64,000 nt of DNA from Candidatus Adlerbacteria bacterium (GTDB taxonomy: Bacteria; Patescibacteriota; Minisyncoccia; Phycocordibacterales; SBAW01): the NCBI GenBank assembly GCA_963749085.1, contig CAVVLG010000002.1, positions 229,033 through 293,032 on the forward strand. Direction: 5' to 3'. Position 1 is the stretch's first letter. Every line of letters starts with the position of its first letter. A model generated the notes under the pieces. The model was given only the letters and a program-made list of their open reading frames with translations, ran no database searches and was not told the DNA's origin. Shown here in pieces: positions 34,979 through 44,646 of the stretch. A program made the position numbers and the translations under genes.

Positions 34979-37966
34979 ATGAAATTTCCGAGCGATATGG
35001 CGATCACCCAAAAAATAAAGAAGCGGAACGGGGAGATTGTCGATTTTTTTCCTGAGAAAATAACCATAGCTGTGCAAAAAGCGTTCGCGGCGGTGTTGGG
35101 CGACGCACACGAGCCTGATGCAGCTGACATCACACGCGTTGTCGCCGAAGCGATCGATGTGAAATTCGGCACCACGGCGTTCATGCCGTCGGTCGAAGAG
35201 ATCCAGGATTTGGTCGAAACCGCGCTCATGGAGCGGGGCTATTTTACCGTCGCGAAATCCTACATCATCTACCGCTACGAGCACGAGAAAATACGTGAGG
35301 AGAAAAAGCAAGAGGTCGCTGAAAAAATCGCTGAATCAAGCCTTTTTATCGTCAAACGCGACGGCTCCCGCGAGCGCTTCAGCGAAGTGAAACTCACCCG
35401 CACCTTTCTGCGTGCGGCGGAGGGGCTCGAGCGCTTTATAGACGTGCCCTCAATCATTGGGCGAGTGCGCCAGGAACTCTACGAAGGTATAAAATCAACC
35501 GATATACACGAAGTGCTTATCATGGTCGTGAGATCGATGATCGAGCGGGATCCCGCTCACTCCACCATCGCCGCGCGGCTGCTGCTTCAGTCGATGTACA
35601 CGCAGGTATTCGGCCAATTCGATTATGCGCGCGTGGAAGATGCGCACCGCGCCGCATTCATTGAGACCATTGAGCGCGGCGTCGATATCGGGCAGTTCGA
35701 TCCGGAACTTCTCACATTCGATGTACCGGCGCTTGCCGAGGTGCTTCAGATAGAGCGCGACCGTGAATTCAAGTATCTGGGACTACAGACCCTCCAGAGC
35801 AACTATCTCTCCAAGGAGCACGGCACGAAAAAGCTCCTCGAGACCCCGCAGATATTCTGGATGCGCGCCGCCATGGGCATGGCGCTCGCGGAGAAAACGT
35901 CGGAAGAAAGACAGCGCTACGCCGTAGAGTTCTACGAGGTCATGTCCTCCATGTACTACACGCCCTCCTCCCCGACGCTCTACCACTCCGGCCTCATGAA
36001 ACCTCAGCTTTCATCCTGTTTCCTCTCGACCGTGCCGGATGATCTTCATGCCATCTTTGCGGAATTTGGCGACGGGGCGCAGTTGCTCAAATATGCCGGG
36101 GGGCTCGGCACCGACTGGACGCCGGTGCGCGCCACAGGCTCTCTCATCAAAACGACCGGGGTTGAAAGCCAAGGCGTCATACCGTTTCTCAAAATCGCCA
36201 ACGACGTCACTATTTCCATTAACCGCTCGGGACGCCGCAGGGGTGCCCAGGCCGTGTATCTTGAATACTGGCATGCTGACATTGAAGATTTCATAGAACT
36301 CAGAAAGAACACGGGAGACGAGCGCAGGCGCGCCCACGACCTCAATACCGCCGTGTGGATCCCCGATCTCTTTATGAAACGCCTCGCCGAGGACGGCTAT
36401 TGGACCCTCTTCTCCCCTTCGGACGTCCCTGAGCTCCACGAGCTCTACGGCAAGAGGTTTGAGGAGATGTACCGTCACTACGAGAAGCTCGCGGACGCGG
36501 GACAAATACCCATGTTTAAGAAAATCCGCGCAGCGGAGCTCTGGAAAAAACACCTTACTATGCTCTTTGAGACCGGGCACCCCTGGGTCACGTGGAAAGA
36601 TCCCAGCAATATACGCTCGCCGCAAGACCACGTGGGTGTGGTGCATTCGAGCAATCTGTGCACGGAGATAACGCTCAATTCTTCAGCGACTGAAACCGCC
36701 GTGTGCAACTTGGGTTCTATAAACATGGCAAAGTTCGTCGAGAACGGCAAGTTCAATCGCGACACGGTAGCCCGCGTGGTACCGGTCGCCATGCGCATGC
36801 TCGACAATGTCATAGACATCAACTACTACCCAACTGAGAAAACCCGCAACTCCAACATGCGCCACCGCCCGGTGGGATTGGGACTCCGGGGCCTCCAAGA
36901 CGCGCTCTATAAAGCAGGACTTAATTTCCACTCGGAAGAAGCGGTGCGCTTTTCGGACGAGACTATGGAGACCATTGCCTACCACGCCATACTCTCCTCC
37001 GCACTCCTCGCTAAGGAGCGCGGATCCTACGAGACTTACAAAGGCAGCAAATGGAATCGCGGGATATTCCCACAGGACACGATAGCGCTTCTGGAGCAGG
37101 AGCGCGGGATGATCATAGACGTGCCGCGTCACGAGACACTCAATTGGCAGCTGGTGCGCGAATCGGTGAGGCAGTGGGGCATGCGCAATTCCAACTGCAT
37201 GGCCAACGCGCCGACCGCCTCGACCGCCAACATCGCCGGCTGCTATCCCACCATTGAACCCATTTACAAAAACCTCTATGTGAAGAGCAACATGGCGGGC
37301 GATTTTATGGTGGTCAACGAATTTTTGGTTGATGATCTCAAAAAATTGGGGCTCTGGAGCGAGGAGATGCTGGAGAAAATTAAATACCATGACGGCTCGG
37401 TGCAACAGATATACGAAATCCCGCCTGCCATTCGAGAAAAGTACAAGGAGGTCTTTGAGATAGATGCTCAGTGGCTCGTCAAAGCAGCGGCCTATCGCGG
37501 CCGCTGGATAGACCAGAGTCAGTCGCTCAACATATTCTACGGCGGCACCTCTGGCAAAGCGCTTTCGGAAATCTATCAATACGCCTGGAGCTTGGGGCTT
37601 AAAACCACCTACTATCTGCGCACCATGGGGGCGTCCCGCATCGAGAAATCGACCGTCAATATGGGCAAATTTGGCAGCACCTCCAAGCAAGACGAGGGGG
37701 TAGGCGCCATGGTCACACCCTCAAGCGTCCTTATCGAAGAGACCGTCATGGTCGCTTCAGTTTCCTCACCCTTAAGCGACGTTGTACTCTCCGCTATGGA
37801 GGTGGCCCCCCGCGAGACCCTTCCGGTAATGCCGATACAACTGCACGAGCAAACCGCGTACGAAGCACCGAGGACTGAAGTGTCAGACAGTATGTCTTCC
37901 TTTGAACTTCCCAAGAACCCTAAAATCGAGATAATCGGCGAAGCGTGCGAATCCTGCTCCGCTTAG
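34979..37966 (+). CDS. nrdA: ribonucleoside-diphosphate reductase large (alpha) subunit, class I-like, with two N-terminal ATP-cone domains
   Basis: ATP cones ITQKIKKRNGEIVDFFPEKITIAVQKAF and FIVKRDGSRERFSEVKLTRTF. Catalytic SNLCTEI. NAPTASTANI. Tyr-Tyr dyad in GLKTTYYLRTM (class I radical-transfer YY). C-terminal redox Cys pair GEACESCSA. GGAG RBS before MKFPSDM. Confidence 0.8.
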   Translation: MKFPSDMAITQKIKKRNGEIVDFFPEKITIAVQKAFAAVLGDAHEPDAADITRVVAEAIDVKFGTTAFMPSVEEIQDLVETALMERGYFTVAKSYIIYRYEHEKIREEKKQEVAEKIAESSLFIVKRDGSRERFSEVKLTRTFLRAAEGLERFIDVPSIIGRVRQELYEGIKSTDIHEVLIMVVRSMIERDPAHSTIAARLLLQSMYTQVFGQFDYARVEDAHRAAFIETIERGVDIGQFDPELLTFDVPALAEVLQIERDREFKYLGLQTLQSNYLSKEHGTKKLLETPQIFWMRAAMGMALAEKTSEERQRYAVEFYEVMSSMYYTPSSPTLYHSGLMKPQLSSCFLSTVPDDLHAIFAEFGDGAQLLKYAGGLGTDWTPVRATGSLIKTTGVESQGVIPFLKIANDVTISINRSGRRRGAQAVYLEYWHADIEDFIELRKNTGDERRRAHDLNTAVWIPDLFMKRLAEDGYWTLFSPSDVPELHELYGKRFEEMYRHYEKLADAGQIPMFKKIRAAELWKKHLTMLFETGHPWVTWKDPSNIRSPQDHVGVVHSSNLCTEITLNSSATETAVCNLGSINMAKFVENGKFNRDTVARVVPVAMRMLDNVIDINYYPTEKTRNSNMRHRPVGLGLRGLQDALYKAGLNFHSEEAVRFSDETMETIAYHAILSSALLAKERGSYETYKGSKWNRGIFPQDTIALLEQERGMIIDVPRHETLNWQLVRESVRQWGMRNSNCMANAPTASTANIAGCYPTIEPIYKNLYVKSNMAGDFMVVNEFLVDDLKKLGLWSEEMLEKIKYHDGSVQQIYEIPPAIREKYKEVFEIDAQWLVKAAAYRGRWIDQSQSLNIFYGGTSGKALSEIYQYAWSLGLKTTYYLRTMGASRIEKSTVNMGKFGSTSKQDEGVGAMVTPSSVLIEETVMVASVSSPLSDVVLSAMEVAPRETLPVMPIQLHEQTAYEAPRTEVSDSMSSFELPKNPKIEIIGEACESCSA

Positions 37967-38011
37967 ATTTATAGGTTCGAGTCCTACCCGCGGAGCAGAT
38001 GATTTTTGTGG
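37954..38011 (+). terminator. hairpin with a 9-bp stem and a 27-nt loop containing a tRNA T-loop-like motif (GGTTCGAGTCC), followed by a T-run; probable nrdA terminator
   Basis: CTGCTCCGC (37954-37962, inside the nrdA stop region) pairs with GCGGAGCAG (37990-37998), followed by ATGATTTTTGTGG. The loop carries GGTTCGAGTCC at 37974-37984. Confidence 0.4.
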
Positions 38012-38144
38012 AACTGACCCATCCCCGTCCTGAAAATCCCAAGTACCACAATGGGATTTTAGGAGCGTATTTCGCTATGAGTTCGAGAGAAAGTCTAGGC
38101 TACGATTTTAAGCCACAAAATCGGTTCGAGTCCCGCCCCTGTCT

Positions 38145-39047
38145 ATGAAGACGTCGCCTAAAGGACTTTCTCTGTTACTCCTCGCAGCGCTGATGTTCGG
38201 CAGCTATGGAGTGTGGTCCCGACTCATTGGCTCTTCGTTCGGCGTATTTTATCAGGGCTGGACGCGAGCCTTGTTGATCGCGTTCGTACTCTTCCCAATT
38301 CTCTATTACTCAAAACAGCTGGTAAAGATCGAGAAAAAGGACTGGGGATGGCTCGCGGTCTTCTTGGTATTTACCTCGTTGACGCAGGCACCGCTATTCT
38401 ACGCGTTCAACCATATGGATATCGGCACGGCAACACTCCTCTTCTTTGTCAGCATGTTGCTCACGATGTATGCCGTTGGGTTCATCTTCCTCAAAGAGAA
38501 GTTTTCTTGGCTAAAGGGAGCTTCGTTTGTTATTGCCGCTATAGGACTTTATACGACTTTCTCGCTCTCTATAACAGTCTTCGCTCTCCTTGCAGCTCTA
38601 ATGGCAATACTGAACGGAATTGCGAGCGGCGGCGAAGTTTCATTTTCCAAAAAACTCTCCGGTTCATACTCGGCGCTGTACCTTAGCTGGATGAGTTGGG
38701 TGGCTATTGCCATCACTAACGGAATCACTTCCGTCGCAGTAGGAGAAATCCAACATGTTCCCACTTTCGATATCACGTGGCTCTATTTGCTTGGATACGC
38801 CGCCGCGAGTGTTTTGGGTTTTTGGAGTGTTATAGAAGGACTCAAATATGTTGAAGCGAGCATTGGCGGGTTGCTTGGTCTTCTTGAGATCGTATTTAGT
38901 ATTTCATTTGGAATTCTCATCTTTCACGAGGGGCTAACTACTCGAACAATTATTGGAGCTGTATTGATTCTCGTTGCAGCCGCCCTCCCTTATCTACTCG
39001 ATCTTCTAAAATATAAGAAAGTTGCGGTAAATGCTGTAATTGAATGA
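38145..39047 (+). CDS. DMT-superfamily (EamA-like) transporter, 10 TMS
   Basis: Two about 140-aa hydrophobic halves. Stop overlaps the next start (ATGA). Confidence 0.6.
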   Translation: MKTSPKGLSLLLLAALMFGSYGVWSRLIGSSFGVFYQGWTRALLIAFVLFPILYYSKQLVKIEKKDWGWLAVFLVFTSLTQAPLFYAFNHMDIGTATLLFFVSMLLTMYAVGFIFLKEKFSWLKGASFVIAAIGLYTTFSLSITVFALLAALMAILNGIASGGEVSFSKKLSGSYSALYLSWMSWVAIAITNGITSVAVGEIQHVPTFDITWLYLLGYAAASVLGFWSVIEGLKYVEASIGGLLGLLEIVFSISFGILIFHEGLTTRTIIGAVLILVAAALPYLLDLLKYKKVAVNAVIE

Positions 39048-39841
39048 CCATGGAAAAACTTTTCATCAAAAATCGGGAGGAACAAAAGGTTTCTGTCCTT
39101 GTAGAAAAATCTGAACCCCAACAAGGCCTCGCCTTCGTAATGCACGGGCTCGGTGGATTCAAAGAGCAGGACCATATCCACACTATTGCCGAAGCTTTTA
39201 AGAGTAAGGGTTTTACTGTTGTGCGTTTCGATACGACGAACACCTTTGGCGAGAGCGACGGAAAGTACGAGGATGCAACTATCACCAATTACTACGATGA
39301 TTTGGAGGATGTAATTGGGTGGGCGCAGAGTCAGGATTGGTATCAGGAACCTTTCGCTCTTTCAGGTCATAGTCTCGGCGGAATCTGTACAGCTTTGTAT
39401 GCTGAAAAATATCCGAATAAGGTTTTGGCCCTTGCCCCCATATCGCCCGTTGTCTCTGGCAGGCTGAGCGTCGAAGCGCATAAACGGGACGATCCTGAAG
39501 AATTTGAGAAATGGGAGAAGACTGGCTGGCAGGAATCAGAAAGTAAATCGAAGCCAGGAATTATCAAACGTCTCCCTTGGTCACATATCGTTGATAGGCT
39601 GAGATATGACTTACTGCCTCAAGTCTCAAAACTTACCATGCCTGTTCTGCTCATCGTCGGGGAAAATGATACCTCTACACCACCTGACCAAGTAAAACTG
39701 CTCTACGAGGCTCTACCCGGCTCAAAGGAATTCCATATACTTAAAGATGCCCCTCACACGTTTAGGGCACCAAAACATCTTGAAGACATAAGAGATATCT
39801 TTTTGAGGTGGATAGATACCTTTATGAAGAAACAAGTATGA
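39044..39841 (+). CDS. alpha/beta-hydrolase-fold esterase
   Basis: Nucleophile elbow LSGHSLGG. HGLGG oxyanion-region motif. C-terminal Asp/His region (DTSTPPD…PHTF). Confidence 0.65.
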   Translation: MTMEKLFIKNREEQKVSVLVEKSEPQQGLAFVMHGLGGFKEQDHIHTIAEAFKSKGFTVVRFDTTNTFGESDGKYEDATITNYYDDLEDVIGWAQSQDWYQEPFALSGHSLGGICTALYAEKYPNKVLALAPISPVVSGRLSVEAHKRDDPEEFEKWEKTGWQESESKSKPGIIKRLPWSHIVDRLRYDLLPQVSKLTMPVLLIVGENDTSTPPDQVKLLYEALPGSKEFHILKDAPHTFRAPKHLEDIRDIFLRWIDTFMKKQV

Positions 39842-40290
39842 CAAAGGAAGATATTGAAAAGACAGTTGAATATATTGCGGCGCTCGACTACGCTATCAGG
39901 AGGGGCATCCCCCATGGCGGCTACTGCCCGAAAGGGCGGAGGTCGGAGAGCGGCAGAATTTCGGACAAGTACAACTTGACCGAGACCTCGTCGAGCAACT
40001 ACCCACAACGCACGGCAATGAACGTGCAGCACTCGGGTGGAACTCTGATTATCACGCGGGGTACACCGAGCGGCGGCACTAAGCTGACAATCAACAACTG
40101 CCGAGAGCGAAATAAGCCGTGGTTCATTGTAGATCTCCAGCACAAACTCAAAGTGCAGGAGTTCGCCGACTGGATACGGCAGTACAACATTCGCATCCTG
40201 AACATTGCCGGACCCCGCGAGAGTTCTATATCCGGCATCGGCAAGCACACGTTACAAGCACTCGAAGAGCTGTTTGTGGCACTCACATAG
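39838..40290 (+). CDS. SLOG-superfamily protein, 'putative molybdenum carrier'/YpsA-like
   Basis: IPHGGYCPKGRRSESGRISDKYNLTETSSSNYPQRTAMNVQHSGGTLIITRG…GGTKLTINNCRERNKPWFIVDL closely follows the MoCo-carrier-like pattern (G.CPKGR.AEDG.IP..Y.L.E.....Y..RT..NV.DSDGTLI…G..SGGT.LT…A…KP…VDL). ATGA-coupled to the hydrolase gene. Confidence 0.55.
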   Translation: MTKEDIEKTVEYIAALDYAIRRGIPHGGYCPKGRRSESGRISDKYNLTETSSSNYPQRTAMNVQHSGGTLIITRGTPSGGTKLTINNCRERNKPWFIVDLQHKLKVQEFADWIRQYNIRILNIAGPRESSISGIGKHTLQALEELFVALT

Positions 40291-40322
40291 AAAGGGTTCG
40301 TTGATGGTGCTCTACATTATGG

Positions 40323-40356
40323 GCCACAGACGCAATCTGTGGCTCTATATTTTTAT
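40323..40356 (+). terminator. rho-independent terminator after the SLOG gene
   Basis: GCCACAG-acgcaat-CTGTGGC, then TCTATATTTTTAT. Confidence 0.45.
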
Positions 40357-40428
40357 AAACATTCCGACCATCCTCTAAGCCCTTTAGAATGCTTATTTTG
40401 TTGGATATTTTGACCCCCTTTAAAATGC

Positions 40429-40456
40429 TTGACATTTTGCTCATATATGCTACACT
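40429..40456 (+). promoter_or_regulatory. sigma70-type promoter (TTGACA-16-TACACT) for the 40495.. operon
   Basis: TTGACA at 40429-40434, a 16-nt spacer, TACACT at 40451-40456. The GAGGAGG RBS is at 40484-40490. Confidence 0.5.
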
Positions 40457-40494
40457 AACTAACAGTTGTCTTAACCCATAGCGAGGAGGTGGCC

Positions 40495-40911
40495 ATGAGC
40501 CGCTTTGATGACGGATATACCGGCCATCTCTTCGAAAGAGAGATGCTCGGCCAATGTCTTGCTCCCTACCGCGGGTATCTGCGATGGCGCGAGGCGGCGC
40601 AGTTGGTTCGCAAGAGCCAGCCGCGTGCGAAGGCTCCAGTTGCTGCTCGTCTCGAAAGAGAAGTGAGCGCGCAGGTTGGAGTTTCGGTGATGTTCTTCAC
40701 CGCCGTCGGGAGCGCCCTCGACGTAATGCACGGGTGTGACGGGTTCTTTGAATTCCGCGGCGTAGTCGTGACGATCGACATCACCATGAATCCCCACAAG
40801 GATTCTGGTAAGGCCGATATCGTCATCGCTCGCGAAGAGGTCGAAAACCTCCCCGTTCTCGCTGGCCGTATAGCACGCGAGTTGCGCTCGAAACTGTCGA
40901 GGAGGATGTGA
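40495..40911 (+). CDS. hypothetical protein (138 aa)
   Basis: RBS GAGGAGG. No recognisable domain. Stop overlaps the next start (ATGA at 40908). Confidence 0.4.
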   Translation: MSRFDDGYTGHLFEREMLGQCLAPYRGYLRWREAAQLVRKSQPRAKAPVAARLEREVSAQVGVSVMFFTAVGSALDVMHGCDGFFEFRGVVVTIDITMNPHKDSGKADIVIAREEVENLPVLAGRIARELRSKLSRRM

Positions 40912-41159
40912 TGAGTGTCAAAACCATCCCGTCGCCCCGACAGTTTTTCTTCGAGTGTGCAAAATGCGGCACCTATCCGGTCTCGGAAAAAACCCTTCGG
41001 AGGTTCATTACTCCGAAATTGAGAAAGGAGCTGGACAAGAAGTTAGCTAGTGGTGCCGGTGGCGCCGTTCTGAAATTTCTCAACGGCTGTCCTGCCTGCA
41101 CCCCCGATAATCCTCATGCGAAGGTGGAGCTGTCGGCCCTCAAGCCGATCGTCCACTAG
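40908..41159 (+). CDS. small zinc-ribbon protein (83 aa)
   Basis: Two Cys pairs: CAKCG (N-terminal) and CPAC (C-terminal). Confidence 0.4.
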   Translation: MMSVKTIPSPRQFFFECAKCGTYPVSEKTLRRFITPKLRKELDKKLASGAGGAVLKFLNGCPACTPDNPHAKVELSALKPIVH

Positions 41160-41399
41160 CGATGTTCCAAACCGCCACAGTTGTGGCATGGAGGAGCCAG
41201 TGGAATGATTAGCGAGGCACCCAGCGGATCAAACCCCCGCCTGCCTCCGGACCCGGACCCCGACATTAGCGCATAGCGCGTGTCGGGGTCTTTATATTAT
41301 TCGGGGGCGTTTTTTGTAACCTAGACAAGACGAATTATTTGTACTATTATCTCAGTTAGAATTCACCTCTTGTTCATCAACAACCGGAAGGAGGGCACC

Positions 41400-42386
41400 A
41401 TGCCCGCACTGCATCCTGCACTGAACGAAAATCCGATTGAGTTCAAATACACCGGTAGCGAGAAGCTGCTTCGAGGCCTCAAATCTACGAAGAAGGATTT
41501 TGAAGCAGGGACAGAAGCACTACTCCGACGTGCTGGCTTCGGCGGCATCTTTGCCGTAACAGTCTCCAACACAGTCAAGGGTGGCGCCCATAACAAGGGT
41601 CTGCGTCTAGGGGCGCCAGTCGAGCCACGACGATCTGTCGAAATCCGTTGGCAACAAGGGAGCAATGACGAACGTTTCGGCATGCTTCTAGGTGCCCCGC
41701 ATGGGATGGATGTCTTCGAATTCCATACTCGTCTTGACCGAGCATACAAGGAGTTAGACGATGACTCAAACGTAAAAAAAGTGAGCGGAGCGAAGCCTCA
41801 CCAAACCCCTGCCCCACCTGCGCCGCAGACAGATGAGCTCAAAGAAGCGAGGGCAAGGATCGAGCGGTGCATGCAGAAGTTTTGTGAGGCTGCACCCGAC
41901 CTTGGTCTTATCGACCGCGAGCAATGTTACGAAATCCTCCGACAACTTGGCGAAGATGCCGATCCGGCTTTCTCCGCATTCGTTAATGCGAAATACATCG
42001 TCGCTCTCGAAGGAAGCGAGCAGATGTTTCGCGTGGGTTTCGAGTGGCAGGAGAAGTTTCGCGACAAAAAGTCGGACACGCCATTATCGACGCCGTCCGT
42101 CCTGGAGCCGAAGGAACCTATTCCCACTAAGAGTCAGGTTGATCTCTTAGCCGAACTCAAGGGCCTGACCGAGAAGATGCGGCAGGCAGAGACTTTCCGC
42201 AGTAATCTCGCGAGCGTCGTTACGGAGATCGATGAGATCGAGAATCTCATCGCCTCCAAGACAGCTCGTTTGGAAGAGCTCCAAGCTAGACGGGCTCAAG
42301 CGGAAGAATTTCTCACTAGTCCTGAGTTCAAAGAGGCCGAAGAGATGCTTGCCGCCATCCAAAACTTGCTGGGATCTACCCGGTAA
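41400..42386 (+). CDS. hypothetical protein with a C-terminal coiled coil (328 aa)
   Basis: GGAAGGAGGG RBS before MPALHP. The C-terminal about 90 aa are strongly heptad-like (LAELKGLTEKMRQAETFRSNLASVVTEIDEIENLIASKTARLEELQARRAQAEEFL). Confidence 0.45.
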   Translation: MPALHPALNENPIEFKYTGSEKLLRGLKSTKKDFEAGTEALLRRAGFGGIFAVTVSNTVKGGAHNKGLRLGAPVEPRRSVEIRWQQGSNDERFGMLLGAPHGMDVFEFHTRLDRAYKELDDDSNVKKVSGAKPHQTPAPPAPQTDELKEARARIERCMQKFCEAAPDLGLIDREQCYEILRQLGEDADPAFSAFVNAKYIVALEGSEQMFRVGFEWQEKFRDKKSDTPLSTPSVLEPKEPIPTKSQVDLLAELKGLTEKMRQAETFRSNLASVVTEIDEIENLIASKTARLEELQARRAQAEEFLTSPEFKEAEEMLAAIQNLLGSTR

Positions 42387-42395
42387 CACCTTAAC

Positions 42396-42426
42396 GCCGT
42401 CTGCGTCATGCAGACGGCTTTTCTCT
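42396..42426 (+). terminator. rho-independent terminator
   Basis: GCCGTCTGCG-tcat-GCAGACGGC, then TTTTCTCTTG. Confidence 0.6.
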
Positions 42427-42500
42427 TGACAAAACGCCAAAATAGTATTTACTACTGACCAGTCTCAGCTTGTACCTTATCAGCCTGAACGGAGGTTTCA

Positions 42501-43109
42501 ATGGCAACTCTGCACATGCCGGATACGCCTGCCTTCCTAGAGGCAAAGCGGGTCCTGGCATCTGAACTCTCGGACGAAATACGCCTCTGGAGCCTCTCGA
42601 CTATGATTGAGGAGCTCCAGAAGAGGATACAAACAGCATCGTCGAGCAAACATCGTATTCGCGAGTTCTCGAGGCATTGCCTCGGGCTACACGGCGAACA
42701 ATTCAGGCGTGTGCGCGAATGGTTGAAAAATCCTTCGACGCTCACCACTGAAGACGTCTGCTTGGTGCTCCGCGCTCTGAAAGAAGGGCGCAATGGCATG
42801 ATGATTCCACCGAGTCCTCCTCGCCAAACGAAGTCGCCAAGCACCAACCGTAAGGGCGTGAACCGAAAACTTGTCGGACACGCGATTACGATGCTTAACT
42901 CGCTTAACATCCTATTCAATGAAGCAGGCATCCAACCAAAGGACGCCTTCGACGGAGATCGGATGCAAGTACAAAGCGCGATGGAGGAAATTTGCAAACG
43001 CTTCGGCGTCACGGCACAGTTCTCCGACCCGAGCGCGGCACGCAATCAACCCGTGACGAGAGACGATCTCGCCACGATCGGACTACGAAAGAAGGAGAAG
43101 AGACGATGA
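42501..43109 (+). CDS. hypothetical protein (202 aa)
   Basis: AACGGAGG RBS. Stop overlaps the next start (ATGA at 43106). Confidence 0.4.
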   Translation: MATLHMPDTPAFLEAKRVLASELSDEIRLWSLSTMIEELQKRIQTASSSKHRIREFSRHCLGLHGEQFRRVREWLKNPSTLTTEDVCLVLRALKEGRNGMMIPPSPPRQTKSPSTNRKGVNRKLVGHAITMLNSLNILFNEAGIQPKDAFDGDRMQVQSAMEEICKRFGVTAQFSDPSAARNQPVTRDDLATIGLRKKEKRR

Positions 43110-44635
43110 GTCAGATCCTGTGGCTTATGGCCACCGCGATCCACATGGTGGAGAATCTGGCTGGCGGTCTCTACGAGAGCGTCGGCCAGCGCCTGATGGA
43201 GTTGGTTCGCAACGGTCTCGTTGCGAGCATGCCGGATCCCAATACGTGGGAGCCGAAACGAGCGAGAATCGAAATCTCGCTGTTCCCCAATCATCCGCTC
43301 GCCCCCAAGGGATGTCCGGCACTTGTCGTGCTTGACCATGGGAGTGGGATGACCGATGCGGGATTGCAACGCTACTTCAACTGGCTCGGCACTCCGCTGA
43401 AAGAGTTGAGGAAGAACGCCAACGGATCCTTCCATGGAGCTTCTCAAAAAGGCATCGGGCGGCTCGCCGCCTTAGGTCTCAACGAGAACTGTCTCCAAGA
43501 GGACTATGAAGTTCGCGTCAAGCACGGCTACTATTTGCTGTCTCGCACGCAAGCGGACGGCGATGTGCGATTCGTGCCGGTGATCCCAGAGATGGCGGAG
43601 AAGCAAGGGTTTGAAATCAATCGTTTCATCTCCTCGACCGCCACCGAAATGGGCCCCCTCAAAGGTCTCAAGGGATCTTTCACTGCTGTAATCGTCCCGA
43701 CGCCGATCTTCAAATCGCATCAGGAGATCTACGACGCGATAAAGTGGTTCTTACCGCGTGAGCAGGACAAGATGTTCTCGCTTGTGATTGGGGGTAAGGT
43801 CTACGGGCCTCCACCGCTTGAGGGTGAGATCAACGTCACTTCCCAAGATGGCCGTTACCGCGCCCGACTTGGAGCGGCAGAAAACGAGCATAGCGATGGC
43901 GTATGGCTCTGTGACGAAGTGACCGGATTCCGTGTCGCCAGTTGCCAGAAGCTTGGACGTCTGTTGCCTGACCCGCTGTGGTTCCCCGATCTCGTGGGCG
44001 ATATCTTTGCACCGGGACTGCTCCGTCATCAAAACACGGCACGCAGCACCCTCAACAAGGAGTTCACCCGCAAGAGCAACAAGGAGTGGCAGCGGCTTAT
44101 GATGTTTCTCATCAGCCAGGTTGCTCCGATGGCGAAGAAACTCATCGAACGGGACGCGATCTCGGGAGATGCTGCCGAGACACTCGACGAGGTGGTGGAG
44201 ATGATCCACAGCTTATACGGTGTCCCGGAGGAGAAGGAGAAGGACAAACATCCAAATGGTCCGACTCCATCGACTCCGCCTCAACCGCCGCATACCCCGG
44301 GTAAAACCGGAGGGAATCGTGGCAATAAAGGCAGTGGCACGCCGTATCGGCGCTACGTCTCCATCAAGGTCCGTAACGAGACTTTCCTTCTCTATCGCGG
44401 GCAGTCATTGGATCCGTACGTCTACGCCGAAGTCAGCGCCAATAATCCAAAGCAGATCATCGTGAATGTTCGCGGCGGATACCGGGCGTTGCCTGACGGC
44501 AAACAGGCACGGCGGGAGCATTGTCTCATGCAGCTCCTTTCGGCAATCGGACGAAGCAAATTCTCGATGGACCCCCGTCAGGCAATGTGCTTCACCAACG
44601 AAGTGAGGGCCGAATTTCTCAAGAAGAAAGCCTAA
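43106..44635 (+). CDS. GHKL-superfamily (Bergerat-fold, HATPase_c-like) ATPase-domain protein (509 aa)
   Basis: N-box ELVRNGLVA (E…N). G1 box ALVVLDHGSGMTDAGL (D-x-G-x-G-M). G2-like ASQKGIGRLAALGL. The C-terminal about 250 aa have no recognised domain. A Pro-rich segment PNGPTPSTPPQPPHTPGKTGGNRGNKGSGTP. Confidence 0.5.
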   Translation: MSQILWLMATAIHMVENLAGGLYESVGQRLMELVRNGLVASMPDPNTWEPKRARIEISLFPNHPLAPKGCPALVVLDHGSGMTDAGLQRYFNWLGTPLKELRKNANGSFHGASQKGIGRLAALGLNENCLQEDYEVRVKHGYYLLSRTQADGDVRFVPVIPEMAEKQGFEINRFISSTATEMGPLKGLKGSFTAVIVPTPIFKSHQEIYDAIKWFLPREQDKMFSLVIGGKVYGPPPLEGEINVTSQDGRYRARLGAAENEHSDGVWLCDEVTGFRVASCQKLGRLLPDPLWFPDLVGDIFAPGLLRHQNTARSTLNKEFTRKSNKEWQRLMMFLISQVAPMAKKLIERDAISGDAAETLDEVVEMIHSLYGVPEEKEKDKHPNGPTPSTPPQPPHTPGKTGGNRGNKGSGTPYRRYVSIKVRNETFLLYRGQSLDPYVYAEVSANNPKQIIVNVRGGYRALPDGKQARREHCLMQLLSAIGRSKFSMDPRQAMCFTNEVRAEFLKKKA

Positions 44636-44646
44636 ACTAAAAAAAT

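Noticed and set aside
34979-37966. Calling the large RNR a class II (B12-dependent NrdJ) enzyme because of its size and C-terminal Cys pair
   Set aside because: The Tyr-Tyr dyad in …KTTYY… and a cognate di-iron nrdB in the same window favour class I. No B12 riboswitch-like element was seen upstream.
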